A stretch of 64,000 nucleotides of DNA from Pseudomonadota bacterium (GTDB lineage Bacteria > Pseudomonadota > Gammaproteobacteria > Burkholderiales > Burkholderiaceae_C): assembly GCA_018241325.1 (NCBI GenBank), contig JAFEEB010000021.1, forward strand, positions 45,292-109,291, read 5' to 3'. A program made the position numbers and the translations under genes. Positions 35,405 through 46,236 of the stretch are shown here, one piece after another. Within the stretch, counting starts at the first letter, position 1. Each line of letters starts with the position of its first letter. Below the pieces are notes generated by a model, which had not been told where the DNA came from, searched no databases, and was given only the letters and a program-made list of their open reading frames with translations.

Positions 35405-36570
35405 AACTCGTCAAAATCCTGCGCGCCCTCGGTCTGGCGGCCGGTGTGCTGGCCGCGTCGGCCGCCGCGCAGGCCAAGGACCTCACCGTCGGTCTGATCG
35501 TGCCCATGTCCGGGCCCTTTGCGGCGCACGGCAAGCAGATCACGCACGGCATCGACCTGTATTTGGCCGAGCACCAGCAGACCCTGGGCGGGCGCAAGGT
35601 CAAGCTCATCATCAAGGACGACACGGGCATCGCCCCGGCGGTGGCCAAGCGCCTGGCGCAGGAGCTGCTGGTCAAGGACAAGGTGGACATCCTGGCCGGC
35701 TTCACGCTCACGCCCAACGCCTTCTCGGTGGCGCCGCTGGCCACCGAGGCCAAGGTGCCCATGGTGGTGCTCAACGCCGCCACCTCGTCGATCACCGAAA
35801 AGTCGCCCAACATCGTGCGCGTGTCGATGACGCTGCCGCAGGACACGGCGCCCATGGCGCAATGGGCGCACGCCAACGGCATCAAGAAGGTCTACACCCT
35901 GGTGGCCGACTACGGCCCGGGCCACGACGCCGAGGCGCAGTTCAAGAAGACCTTTGCCGCCCTGGGCGGCCAGATCGTGGGCGAGGTGCGCACCCCCGTC
36001 AACACGCCGGACTACGCGCCCTTCCTGCAACGCATCAAGGACGCCAAGCCCGACGCCGTGTTCCTGTTCGTGCCCAACGGCGAGGCCGGCGTGGCGCTGG
36101 CCAAGGGCTACGCCGAGCGCGGCCTGGCCGCTGCCGGCATCAAGGCCCTGGCCACGGGCGACGTGACCGACGAGGACGTGCTGGACGCCATGGGCGATTC
36201 GGCCCTCGGCATGATCACCTCGTTCCACTATTCGGCGGTGCATGATTCGCCCGAGAACAAGGCGTTTACCGCCGCCTACGCCAAGGCCTTTCCCAAGGAC
36301 CGCGTCAACTTCGTGGCGGCCGCCGGCTACGACGGCATGCACCTGATCGACCTGGCGCTGGCCAAGACCCAGGGCGACGCCAGCGCCCCCGCCTTCATGG
36401 CCGCCGTCAAGGGCATGAAGTGGATGAGCCCCCGCGGCCCGGTCGAGATCGACCCGCAAACGCGCGACATCATCCAGAACGTCTATATCCGCAAGGTCCA
36501 GCGCGTGAACGGTGTCTTGCAGAACGTCGAGTTCGACACCATCAAGGCCGTGAAGGACCCCGGCAAATAA
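35401..36570 (+). CDS. ABC transporter substrate-binding protein, LivK/type-I PBP family (paralog 2)
   Basis: Signal peptide MKLVKILRALGLAAGVLAASAAAQA. Colinear with 28730-29905. Its ATG overlaps the mobA-like stop (ATGA). Confidence 0.88.
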   Translation: MKLVKILRALGLAAGVLAASAAAQAKDLTVGLIVPMSGPFAAHGKQITHGIDLYLAEHQQTLGGRKVKLIIKDDTGIAPAVAKRLAQELLVKDKVDILAGFTLTPNAFSVAPLATEAKVPMVVLNAATSSITEKSPNIVRVSMTLPQDTAPMAQWAHANGIKKVYTLVADYGPGHDAEAQFKKTFAALGGQIVGEVRTPVNTPDYAPFLQRIKDAKPDAVFLFVPNGEAGVALAKGYAERGLAAAGIKALATGDVTDEDVLDAMGDSALGMITSFHYSAVHDSPENKAFTAAYAKAFPKDRVNFVAAAGYDGMHLIDLALAKTQGDASAPAFMAAVKGMKWMSPRGPVEIDPQTRDIIQNVYIRKVQRVNGVLQNVEFDTIKAVKDPGK

Positions 36571-36602
36571 ACCCCCGACCCGGGCCTTCGGGCACGACAC
36601 GC

Positions 36603-37301
36603 ATGAGCAGCGCTTTGACCCTCCTGTCGTCCATGGCCGTCAAACGGCTGCTGGCCGATCTGATGGCGATGTATCGGCATACGCATGCCGATGCCGCCAT
36701 CGAGCTGACCTCCATCGGCGGCGTGGACGCCGCCCGGCGCGTGGCGGCCGGTGAGCCGTTCGACGCCGTGGTGCTGGGTGCCGACGCGCTGGAGGCCCTC
36801 ATCGCCAGCGGGCACGTTCGCGCGGGCAGCCGCATCGACATCGCGCGCTCGGGCGTGGCGGTGGCCGTTCAGGCCGGCCGTGCGCGGCCCGACCTGAGCA
36901 GCGAGGCCAGCGTGCGCCAGGCGGTGCTGGCGGCGCGCACGCTCGCGTATTCGACCGGGCCCAGCGGCGTGGCGCTGGCCCGGCTGTTCGAGCGCTGGGG
37001 CATCAGCGCGCAAATCGCCGCGCGTATCGTCGTGCCGCCGCCGGGCGTGCCGGTGGGCACACTGGTTGCCAGCGGCGCGGTGGAGCTGGGCTTTCAGCAG
37101 CTGAGCGAGCTGATGCACCTGCCCGGCATCGACGTGGTGGGGCCCTTGCCCGCCGCCATTCAGATCGAGACCATCTTTGCCGGCGGCGTGCTGGCCGCGT
37201 CCCCGCGCGCCGAAGCAGCGCACGCGCTGCTGGCGTTCATGGCATCACCGCAAGCGCGCCAAGCCAAGCGGGACAACGGGATGGTGGGCGCCGGCGAATA
37301 A
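36603..37301 (+). CDS. ModA-like periplasmic-binding-protein-fold protein without a signal peptide
   Basis: 232 aa. It starts directly with LTLLSSMAVKRLL... and shows a type-II PBP pattern (AYSTGPSG, LGFQQLSE). I see no N-terminal hydrophobic leader. Confidence 0.6.
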   Translation: MSSALTLLSSMAVKRLLADLMAMYRHTHADAAIELTSIGGVDAARRVAAGEPFDAVVLGADALEALIASGHVRAGSRIDIARSGVAVAVQAGRARPDLSSEASVRQAVLAARTLAYSTGPSGVALARLFERWGISAQIAARIVVPPPGVPVGTLVASGAVELGFQQLSELMHLPGIDVVGPLPAAIQIETIFAGGVLAASPRAEAAHALLAFMASPQARQAKRDNGMVGAGE

Positions 37302-37312
37302 GGCCCGCAAGG

Positions 37313-38116
37313 TCACCAGAGCTGCCACCAGGGCTTGTCCGGCCCCTTGAAGCCGCGCGCCATGTACACGCTGTTGGGGTAGTTCTCGGTCAGCACGCGC
37401 TCGGCGTCGTCGCGCAGCTGGTCCATGCCCAGCTTGTCGTAGGCGCGCGTCAGGATGTAGAGCGCTTCTTCCAGCGCGGGCGCGTCACGGTAGTCGGCAA
37501 TGGCCTGCTGCGCGCGGTTGATGGCCGCCACGTAGGCCCCGCGCTGGTAGTAGTAGCGCGCCACGTGCACCTCGTATTGCGCCAGCGCGTTGACGGTGTA
37601 GCGCATGCGCGCGCGCGCATCGGGCGTGTAGCGCGAGTCGGGAAAGCGCTTGACCAGCTCGTCGAACGACTCGAACGCCTGCTTGGCGGCCTTCTGGTCG
37701 CGTTCGGACAGATCCTGGCGCGACAGGAACGAGAACAGGCCCAGGTCTTCGTTGAAGTTGATCACGCCCTTCATGTACAGCGCGTAGTCGATGGCCGGGC
37801 TGTCCGGGTGCAGCCGCATGAAGCGGTCAAGCGTGGCGATGGCCTCGGCCTTCTGGCCGTCCTTGAACTGGGCGTAGGCCTTGTCCAGCTCGGCCTGCTG
37901 GGCCAGCGGCGTGCCGGCGGCGCGGCCTTCCAGGGTTTCGAACAGCGGGATCGCCTTGTCGTAGGAGCCGGACTTCATCTCGTCCTTGGCCTCCGCCTGG
38001 ATGCGGTTGGGGCTCCAGCCGGCGGTCTTGTCCACCGGCTTGGACGAACAGGCCGCCAGCAAGCCGGCGGCCATCACGGCCGCTGCTGTCGCCGCCGATA
38101 ATCGGGCTCGTTGCAT
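37313..38116 (-). CDS. bamD: Outer membrane protein assembly factor BamD
   Basis: Lipoprotein leader MQRARLSAATAAAVMAAGLLAAC, then TPR-like repeats colinear with BamD/YfiO (YEVHVARYYYQRGAYVAAINR). The longest ORF starts at 38149. Confidence 0.9.
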   Translation of the reverse strand: MQRARLSAATAAAVMAAGLLAACSSKPVDKTAGWSPNRIQAEAKDEMKSGSYDKAIPLFETLEGRAAGTPLAQQAELDKAYAQFKDGQKAEAIATLDRFMRLHPDSPAIDYALYMKGVINFNEDLGLFSFLSRQDLSERDQKAAKQAFESFDELVKRFPDSRYTPDARARMRYTVNALAQYEVHVARYYYQRGAYVAAINRAQQAIADYRDAPALEEALYILTRAYDKLGMDQLRDDAERVLTENYPNSVYMARGFKGPDKPWWQLW

Positions 38117-39159
38117 TGCTGGCAATCCTCTTGAGTCAAGCTCCTTCAATTATATCGACGCCCCCTGCGCACACCGACCTGGACGAGGGCGACGGCGACC
38201 TTGCCAGCGAGCTGGAGACGCGCTCCTGCACGGTGCCCGCCAGCGCGCACCATCAGCGGCTCGATCGGGTCCTGACCACGCTCGTGCCCGAGTTTTCGCG
38301 CAACCACCTGCAGCAGCTCGTCGCGGCCGGCGCGGTTCGGCTCAACGGCGCACCGGTCGCCAAGCCGGCGCACACCGTGCGCGCCGGCGACGCGCTGGAC
38401 ATCGAGCTGCGCCCCACCCCCATGAGCCAGGCTTTCGTGCCGCAGGCCATGGACCTGGTGGTGCCCTATGAAGACGAGCACCTGGCGGTGATCGACAAGC
38501 CCGCCGGCCTGGTGGTGCACCCGGCGCCAGGACACTGGAGCGGCACGCTGCTCAACGCCTTGCTGGCGCGCGACGTGCGGGCCGCCCAACTGCCGCGCGC
38601 CGGCATCGTGCACCGGCTGGACAAGGACACCAGCGGCCTGCTGGTGGTGGCGCGCACCCGCGCGGCCATGGACGCGCTGGTGGCGCAAATCGCGGCCCGC
38701 CAGGTGCACCGCGAATACCTGGCGCTGGCGCACCGCCCCTGGCAGGGCGCTGCCGTGCGCGAGGTGGATGCCGCCATCGGGCGCGATCCGCGCAACCGCT
38801 TGCGCATGGCCGTGGTGGACCTGGCGCGCCACCCCGGCAAGGCGGCGCAGACCCGCGTCGAGTGGCTGCAAAACGCCGAATCCGGCTGCCTGCTGCGCTG
38901 CCTGCTGCGCACCGGCCGCACGCACCAGATCCGCGTGCACCTGGCGCAACTGGGCCACCCGCTGGTGGGCGACGCGCTGTATGGCGGTGCGCCCGCGGCC
39001 GGCCTGGCGCGGCAAGCGCTGCACGCGCGCCGGCTGTCGTTCACGCACCCGGTGACGGGGGCCGTGCTGGACGTGCGCGCGCCGCCGCCGGCCGATCTGA
39101 CGCAGGCCCTGGATGCGTGGGGCCTTACAATCCCCACCGACGACGCGGCCGCCGATTGA
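38116..39159 (+). CDS. rluD: 23S rRNA pseudouridine synthase RluD
   Basis: S4 domain (QRLDRVLTTLVPEFSRNHLQQLV) and catalytic HRLDKDTSGLLVVA and GRTHQIRVHL motifs. The 5' end given is the longest ORF (TTG 38116), which abuts the bamD start codon. The real start is probably downstream, for example TTG 38131 or GTG 38233. Confidence 0.85.
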   Translation: MLAILLSQAPSIISTPPAHTDLDEGDGDLASELETRSCTVPASAHHQRLDRVLTTLVPEFSRNHLQQLVAAGAVRLNGAPVAKPAHTVRAGDALDIELRPTPMSQAFVPQAMDLVVPYEDEHLAVIDKPAGLVVHPAPGHWSGTLLNALLARDVRAAQLPRAGIVHRLDKDTSGLLVVARTRAAMDALVAQIAARQVHREYLALAHRPWQGAAVREVDAAIGRDPRNRLRMAVVDLARHPGKAAQTRVEWLQNAESGCLLRCLLRTGRTHQIRVHLAQLGHPLVGDALYGGAPAAGLARQALHARRLSFTHPVTGAVLDVRAPPPADLTQALDAWGLTIPTDDAAAD

Positions 39160-39264
39160 GCCGACGCTCAGGCCGCGCTGGACGCCGGCCAAACCCCTTC
39201 TTTCACCGGGCCCGTCGGCCCGAACCGCACGCCCCAGGCGTGCCCTGCCCACGAGACCCAAGCC

Positions 39265-40178
<914 letters not shown>

Positions 40179-40182
<4 letters not shown>

Positions 40183-41483
40183 AACCGCACGACCCGGCGC
40201 CCAACCCTGCCGACGAGCCGCTCGCACCGCGCCCCGGCGCCGTGGATCAAACGCAGAATCCGGCCCCAGCGCTTGCGGATCATGCGCAAACAGCTATCGA
40301 TATTGAAGCAAACGATCGATCGGCTGACGCCGCCGCTGACGAGGCCCCGGTCGCGTTCGACGATTTGGTGTCGGGCCGCTTCGACGCGGAGGCCGAGCGC
40401 CCCGCCGCGCCGCCCAAGCGGGTGCTGTTGCCCCAGCCCGAGCAGCCCAAGCTGCACAAGGTGCTGGCGCAGGCCGGCCTGGGCTCGCGCATGGAGATGG
40501 AGCAGCTCATCGTGCAGGGACGCATCTCCGTCAACGGCCAGCCGGCGCACGTGGGCCAGCGCATCGTGTTCGGCGACCAGATCAAGATCAACGGCAAGCC
40601 CATCCCCGTGCGCATCGCGCCGCCGCCGGCGCGCGTGCTGGCCTATCACAAGCCCGTGGGCGAGGTGGTCACGCACGACGACCCGGGCAACCGCCCCACG
40701 GTGTTTCGCAAGCTGCCGCGCCTGCAAACCGGAAAGTGGCAGTCGGTGGGCCGGCTGGACCTGAACACCGAGGGGCTGCTGCTGCTGACCAACTCGGGCG
40801 AGCTGGCCAACCGCCTGATGCACCCGCGCTTTGGCCTGCAGCGCGAGTACGCCGTGCGCGTGCTGGGCGCGCTCAGCGACGAGGAAAAGCAGCGCCTGCT
40901 CGACGGCGTGCAGCTCGACGACGGCCCGGCGCAGTTCGGCGCCATCACCGAGGAAGGGCGGGGCGAGGGCGCCAATCAGTGGTATCGCGTGACCATCGGC
41001 GAGGGGCGCAACCGCGAGGTGCGCCGCATGATCGAGGCCGTCGGCCACGCCGTCAGCCGCCTGATCCGCATCCGCTACGGCGCCATGATGCTGCCGCGTG
41101 GCCTGCGCCGCGGCCAGTGGATGGAGCTGGGCGAGCGCGACATCCGCGCCTTGGGCGAGGCCTCGGGCACGCCCGAGCACGTCATCCGCGGCGGGCGCGA
41201 CCCCGAAGCCGCGCGGCCCGAGCCCGCCAGGCGCCGACGGGCCGATCGCAGCCGCAGCAGCGGTCCGCGCCCCAACCTGAGCGCGCCGCCCCGCGTGCCC
41301 GCCCCCGCGCCGCGCCGCCGCGAGGGCCCCGGCAAGGCCGCCGGCGCTCAGCCCGACCCGCTGAAGACCACGCAGGGCTACATCGGAGCCGACAGTTTTC
41401 GTCGCCCACGCGCACCCGGCGCGGGCAAATCGGGCGGCCCACGGCGCAACGGCGGTGGGGGCGGTGGCCAGCGCCGGGGCTGA
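40179..41483 (+). CDS. rluB: 23S rRNA pseudouridine(2605) synthase RluB
   Basis: S4 domain ([21 protein letters not shown]), catalytic [14 protein letters not shown], and an Arg/Gly-rich C-terminal tail. ATG 40179 overlaps the scpB stop. The N-terminal roughly 60 codons are low complexity and contain a family-1 repeat, so the start is uncertain. Confidence 0.85.
40257..40308 (+). repeat. Family-1 repeat, full copy embedded in the predicted 5' part of rluB
   Basis: AATCCGGCCCCAGCGCTTGcggatCATGCGCAAACAGCTATCGATATTGAAG aligns position for position with the ispG|hisS copy at 46178-46231. Confidence 0.7.
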
Positions 41484-41586
41484 CCCCGCTGGCGCATGAC
41501 GCAGCTCGCGCCCAGCCAACGCGTTAAAATCAAAAGCTTTGTCCAATCGGCAAAAAATCACTTCATTTCTAGCAGGAAACCCATCC

Positions 41587-42012
41587 ATGGCCACCGAACG
41601 CACCCTGTCCATCATCAAACCCGACGCTGTCGCCAAGAACGTCATCGGCCAGATCTACGCCCGCTTCGAGGCCGCGGGCCTGAAGATCGCCGCCGCCCGC
41701 ATGCAGCACCTCTCGCGCCGCGAGGCCGAGCAGTTCTACGCCGTGCACAAGGAGCGCCCGTTCTTCAAGGATCTGGTCGAGTTCATGATCTCCGGCCCGG
41801 TGATGATCCAGGTGCTGGAAGGCGAGGGCGCCATCGCCAAGAACCGCGACCTGATGGGCGCCACCGACCCGAAGAAGGCCGACAAGGGCACCATCCGCGC
41901 CGATTTCGCCGACTCGATCGACGCCAATGCCGTGCACGGCTCGGACGCCGCTGAAACGGCCGCGGTCGAGGTCGCTTTCTTCTTCCCCGGCCTGTCCGTT
42001 TACGCCCGCTGA
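41587..42012 (+). CDS. ndk: Nucleoside diphosphate kinase
   Basis: 141 aa, [12 protein letters not shown]...NAVHGSD with the active-site His. The longest ORF starts at 41539. Confidence 0.96.
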   Translation: MATERTLSIIKPDAVAKNVIGQIYARFEAAGLKIAAARMQHLSRREAEQFYAVHKERPFFKDLVEFMISGPVMIQVLEGEGAIAKNRDLMGATDPKKADKGTIRADFADSIDANAVHGSDAAETAAVEVAFFFPGLSVYAR

Positions 42013-42038
42013 TCGGCGCGCGGCCTCAGTCCGCCGGC

Positions 42039-43208
42039 ATGTCACTTCCTGGCGTCAATCTTCTCGAGTTCGACCTGGACGCGCTGGCCGCGTTCTGCGA
42101 GACGCTGGGTGAAAAGCGCTTTCGTGCCACGCAGCTGTTTCGCTGGATTCACCAGCGCGGCGTGGCGGACTTTGGCCAGATGAGCGATCTGGCCAAGTCG
42201 CTGCGCGAAAAATTGGCCGGCAGCGCGCACGTGGCCGCGCCGCCCGTGACCACGCAGCACATCTCGAAGGACGGCACCATCAAGTGGCTGTTCGACGTGG
42301 GCGGCGGCAATGCGATCGAGACCGTGTTCATCCCCGAGGATGACCGGGGCACGCTGTGCATTTCATCGCAGGCCGGCTGCGCCGTCGGCTGCCGCTTTTG
42401 CTCCACGGGCCACCAAGGCTTTTCGCGCAATCTCACCACCGGCGAAATCGTCGCGCAGCTCTGGTTTGCCGAGCATTTCCTGCGCCGGCACCTGAACCAG
42501 GACGAGCGCGTCATCACCAACGTGGTGATGATGGGCATGGGCGAGCCGCTGCAAAACTACGACCGCGTGGTGCCCGCGCTGCGCACCATGCTGAGCGACC
42601 ACGGCTATGGCCTGTCGCGCCGGCGCGTGACGGTGTCCACCTCGGGCGTGGTGCCCATGATGGATCGGCTGGCGCTCGATTGCCCGGTGGCGCTGGCGGT
42701 GTCGCTGCACGCGCCCGATGACGCGCTGCGCGACCACCTGGTTCCGCTCAATCGCAAGCACCCGATCGACGAACTGCTGGCCACCTGCACGCGCTACCTG
42801 TCGCATGCGCCGCGCGACTTCATCACCTTCGAGTACGTCATGCTCGACGGCGTCAACGATTCGCCCGAGCACGCCCAGGCCCTGATCGAGCTGATGCGCC
42901 GGCACGGCGCGCTGGGCTTGCGCGGCAAGTTCAACCTGATCCCGTTCAACCCGTTCCCGCAGTCGGGTCTGGTTTGCTCGCCCATGCCGCGCGTGCTGGC
43001 TTTCGGCAAGCGGCTGAATGAGGCGGGCATCGTCACCACCGTGCGCAAGACGCGCGGCGACGACATCGACGCCGCTTGCGGCCAGCTGGCCGGCGACGTG
43101 CAGGACCGCACCCGTGTGCGCGAGCGCATGGCGCGTGGTCGAACCACGTTCGTGCGGCGGCGCACGCCCGCCGCGACGGGCGATTCTCAAGAAGGAAAAA
43201 CCGGATGA
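42039..43208 (+). CDS. rlmN: Dual-specificity 23S rRNA/tRNA m2A methyltransferase (radical SAM)
   Basis: CxxxCxxC radical-SAM motif [11 protein letters not shown] and RlmN colinearity ([26 protein letters not shown]). Confidence 0.94.
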   Translation: MSLPGVNLLEFDLDALAAFCETLGEKRFRATQLFRWIHQRGVADFGQMSDLAKSLREKLAGSAHVAAPPVTTQHISKDGTIKWLFDVGGGNAIETVFIPEDDRGTLCISSQAGCAVGCRFCSTGHQGFSRNLTTGEIVAQLWFAEHFLRRHLNQDERVITNVVMMGMGEPLQNYDRVVPALRTMLSDHGYGLSRRRVTVSTSGVVPMMDRLALDCPVALAVSLHAPDDALRDHLVPLNRKHPIDELLATCTRYLSHAPRDFITFEYVMLDGVNDSPEHAQALIELMRRHGALGLRGKFNLIPFNPFPQSGLVCSPMPRVLAFGKRLNEAGIVTTVRKTRGDDIDAACGQLAGDVQDRTRVRERMARGRTTFVRRRTPAATGDSQEGKTG

Positions 43209-44020
43209 AACGCTGGTCGTGGATGCCTCTGGGCCTGGTGGGCCTGAGCGTGCTGGGCACGGCCCTGCTGGTGGGCTGTGCGAGTTCGGGGGCGCCCGGC
43301 GCCAGCGCCGAGCCGACCGAGTGGCAGACCGCGGTCGACGAAACCGACGCCCGCAAGCGGGCGCGCACGCGCCTGGCGCTGGCCACCGGGTACTACGAAA
43401 ACGGCCAATACACCGTGGCGCTGGATGAGCTCAAGAAGTCCATCCAGATCGACCCGACGCTGGGCGACTCCTACATGCTGGGCGGCTTGATCTACATGGC
43501 GCTGGGCGATACGGCGCTGGCCGAGTCGCACTTCCAGCGGGCGCTCAGCGTCAACCCGCGCGACCCCGACGCCATGCACAACCTGGGCTGGCTGTTGTGC
43601 CAGAAGGGCCAGTACGCGCAGGCGCAGGCCCAATTCGAGCGCGCGGCAGCCATCCCCACCTACCAGGGACGCGCCAAGACCCTGATGGCGCAGGGCATTT
43701 GCCAGGCGCGCGCCGGCCAGGCGCCACAGGCCGAGGCCACGCTGATGCGCTCCTACGAGCTGGACGCGGGCAACCCGGTCACCGCCTACAACCTGGCGCT
43801 GCTGCTGTTTCAGCGCGGCGACCTGAGTCGCGCGCAGTTCTACATCCGGCGCCTGAACAACGGCGAGATGGCCAACGCGCAGTCGCTGTGGCTGGGCATC
43901 AAGGTCGAACGCGGCCTGAACGATCGCCGGGCCATGGAGCAGCTGGCCGCGCAACTGCGCCGGCGCTTCCCGCAGTCGCCCGAGCTGGTGGCCTACGAGC
44001 AGGGGCGCTTCAATGAGTGA
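43205..44020 (+). CDS. pilW: TPR lipoprotein, type IV pilus biogenesis/stability protein PilW-like
   Basis: Lipobox LLVGC and TPR repeats, in the conserved rlmN-pilW-rodZ-ispG context. Its ATG overlaps the rlmN stop. Confidence 0.7.
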   Translation: MKRWSWMPLGLVGLSVLGTALLVGCASSGAPGASAEPTEWQTAVDETDARKRARTRLALATGYYENGQYTVALDELKKSIQIDPTLGDSYMLGGLIYMALGDTALAESHFQRALSVNPRDPDAMHNLGWLLCQKGQYAQAQAQFERAAAIPTYQGRAKTLMAQGICQARAGQAPQAEATLMRSYELDAGNPVTAYNLALLLFQRGDLSRAQFYIRRLNNGEMANAQSLWLGIKVERGLNDRRAMEQLAAQLRRRFPQSPELVAYEQGRFNE

Positions 44021-44894
44021 CGCACCGCAGGACGCCCGACCGACCGGCGCCGCGCCGCTGGCTCCCAGCGCGCCGGCGCCAACGCCGGCATCGGCCGGCG
44101 CCATGCTGCGCGAGCTGCGCGAGTCCGCCGGTGTGGACGCCGGCGTCCTGGCGAGCGCGATGAAGGTGTCGCTGCAAAAGCTCGACGCGCTGGAGCACGA
44201 CCGTTTCGACCAGTTGCCCGACCTGACCTTCGCACGGGCGCTGGCCTCGGCCATTTGCCGCGCGTTCGGCGTGGACCCCGCGCCGGTGCTGGCGCGCATG
44301 CCGGCCATTGCGGCCGACCTGCGCCCACCCACCTCGGGCGACGTCAACGCGCCCTTTCGGGCCGGTGACGGGGCCGGGGCAGCGCCCTGGAGCGGGGCGT
44401 TTTCGCGCCCGCTGGTGGCCGTGATCGCGGTGCTGCTGCTGGGTGCGGCCTTGCTGTGGTTGTGGCCCACCTGGCCGATCCACCTGAACGTCCCCGAGCC
44501 GACCACCGAGCCCGCAGCCGCGCCTGGCGGCGCGGTCGAAGCCGCCGCCGCGTCCGAGCCGGTGCCGGCCGAAGCGCCGCAGCCGCCGGCTTCCGTGGCG
44601 CTTGACGCGCCGCTGGCCCTCGCGCCGTCCGCCCCGGCCAGCGAAGCCGCAGCCGCCGCGACCTTGCTGGGCCTGAGCGCCAGCGGCGAGAGCTGGGTCA
44701 CGGTGCACGATGCGCGCGGCAAGCAATTGATCAACCGGGCGCTCAAGGCCGGCGAAACCGTGGCGCTCGACGGCGATGCGCCGCTGTCCGTCACCATCGG
44801 CCGCAAGGACGTCGTGCAGGCCACGGTGCGCGGCGAGCCCTTCGACCTCAAGCGTCTGGGCTCCAGCACCGTGGCGCGTTTTCAGGTGAAGTGA
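44013..44894 (+). CDS. rodZ: RodZ-like cytoskeleton protein (HTH plus TM plus DUF4115-like C-terminus)
   Basis: HTH region [33 protein letters not shown], a transmembrane segment [19 protein letters not shown], and a C-terminal [14 protein letters not shown]...[20 protein letters not shown] domain. Confidence 0.8.
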   Translation: MSDAPQDARPTGAAPLAPSAPAPTPASAGAMLRELRESAGVDAGVLASAMKVSLQKLDALEHDRFDQLPDLTFARALASAICRAFGVDPAPVLARMPAIAADLRPPTSGDVNAPFRAGDGAGAAPWSGAFSRPLVAVIAVLLLGAALLWLWPTWPIHLNVPEPTTEPAAAPGGAVEAAAASEPVPAEAPQPPASVALDAPLALAPSAPASEAAAAATLLGLSASGESWVTVHDARGKQLINRALKAGETVALDGDAPLSVTIGRKDVVQATVRGEPFDLKRLGSSTVARFQVK

Positions 44895-46171
44895 TGAATG
44901 CCATGACAGAGCAGGCGCAGCCGATCGCGCTGGTGGCGCCCGCTGCGCGGCGCACGCGCCAGGCGCGCGTGGCCTGGGGCGCGCGCGTGGTCACCGTGGG
45001 CGGCGATGCGCCGGTGCGCGTGCAGTCCATGACCAACACCGACACGGTGGACGCCGCCGGCACCGCGCGCCAGGTCAAGGCGTTGGCCCTGGCCGGCAGC
45101 GAGCTGGTGCGCATCACCGTCAACACGCCCGAGGCCGCCGCGCAGGTGGCCCCCATCCGCGAGCGGCTGGACCGCATGGGCTGCGACGTGCCACTGGTGG
45201 GCGACTTCCACTACAACGGGCACCGCCTTCTGACCGACTATCCCGACTGCGCGCAGGCGCTGTCCAAGTACCGCATCAACCCCGGCAACGTGGGCAAGGG
45301 CGCCAAGCACGACACGCAGTTTGCGCAGATGATCGAGGCGGCGCTGAAGTGGGACAAGCCGGTGCGCATCGGCGTCAACTGGGGCAGCCTGGACCAGGAG
45401 CTGCTCACCGCACTGATGGATGAAAACGCCCGCCGGGCCACGCCCTGGGACGCGCGCCAGGTGATGTACGAGGCGCTGGTGCGCTCGGCCATCGGCTCGG
45501 CCGAGCAGGCCGTGGCGCTGGGCATGAACCCGGCGCAGGTCATCCTCTCGTGCAAGGTCAGCGGCGTGCAGGACTTGATCGCGGTGTACCGCGAGCTGGC
45601 CCGCCGCTGCGACTATCCGCTGCACCTGGGCCTGACCGAGGCCGGCATGGGTACCAAGGGCACGGTGGCATCCGCCGCCGCGCTGTCTATCCTGCTGCAA
45701 GAAGGCATTGGCGACACCATCCGCGTCAGCCTGACGCCGCAGCCGGGCGAGGCGCGCACGCAGGAGGTGGTGGTCGCCAGCGAGATCCTGCAAGCCCTGG
45801 GCCTGCGCGCCTTCGTGCCCAGCGTCACCGCCTGCCCGGGTTGCGGGCGCACCACCAGCACGGTGTTTCAGGAGCTGGCCAAGACCATCGACGACCACCT
45901 GCGCGCGCAAATGCCGGTGTGGCGCCTCAAGTACCCGGGCGTGGAAACCCTGCGCGTGGCGGTCATGGGCTGCATCGTCAACGGCCCGGGCGAGAGCAAG
46001 CACGCCGACATCGGCATCAGCTTGCCCGGCACCGGCGAGATGCCGGCCGCCCCGGTGTACATCGACGGCGAGAAGGCCGTGACGCTGCGCGGCGAGCACA
46101 TCGCGCAAGAATTCCATGCGCTGGTCGAGCGCTACATCGAGCAGCGCTTCGGCGCCGCGTCGCGCCCCTGA
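44891..46171 (+). CDS. ispG: 4-hydroxy-3-methylbut-2-en-1-yl diphosphate synthase
   Basis: [24 protein letters not shown], and the Fe-S Cys motifs TACPGCGRT and [13 protein letters not shown] 44891 and ATG 44894 are adjacent in frame. Confidence 0.95.
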   Translation: MMNAMTEQAQPIALVAPAARRTRQARVAWGARVVTVGGDAPVRVQSMTNTDTVDAAGTARQVKALALAGSELVRITVNTPEAAAQVAPIRERLDRMGCDVPLVGDFHYNGHRLLTDYPDCAQALSKYRINPGNVGKGAKHDTQFAQMIEAALKWDKPVRIGVNWGSLDQELLTALMDENARRATPWDARQVMYEALVRSAIGSAEQAVALGMNPAQVILSCKVSGVQDLIAVYRELARRCDYPLHLGLTEAGMGTKGTVASAAALSILLQEGIGDTIRVSLTPQPGEARTQEVVVASEILQALGLRAFVPSVTACPGCGRTTSTVFQELAKTIDDHLRAQMPVWRLKYPGVETLRVAVMGCIVNGPGESKHADIGISLPGTGEMPAAPVYIDGEKAVTLRGEHIAQEFHALVERYIEQRFGAASRP

Positions 46172-46177
46172 ATTTTC

Positions 46178-46231
46178 AAAAAATCGGCCGCCAGCGCTTG
46201 CCCATCAAGCGCGTGGCGCTATCAAAACAAG
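46178..46231 (+). repeat. Family-1 intergenic repeat, full copy (ispG|hisS)
   Basis: AAAAAATCGGCCGCCAGCGCTTGcccatCAAGCGCGTGGCGCTATCAAAACAAG. It ends 5 nt before the hisS ATG. Confidence 0.75.
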
Positions 46232-46236
46232 ACTTC

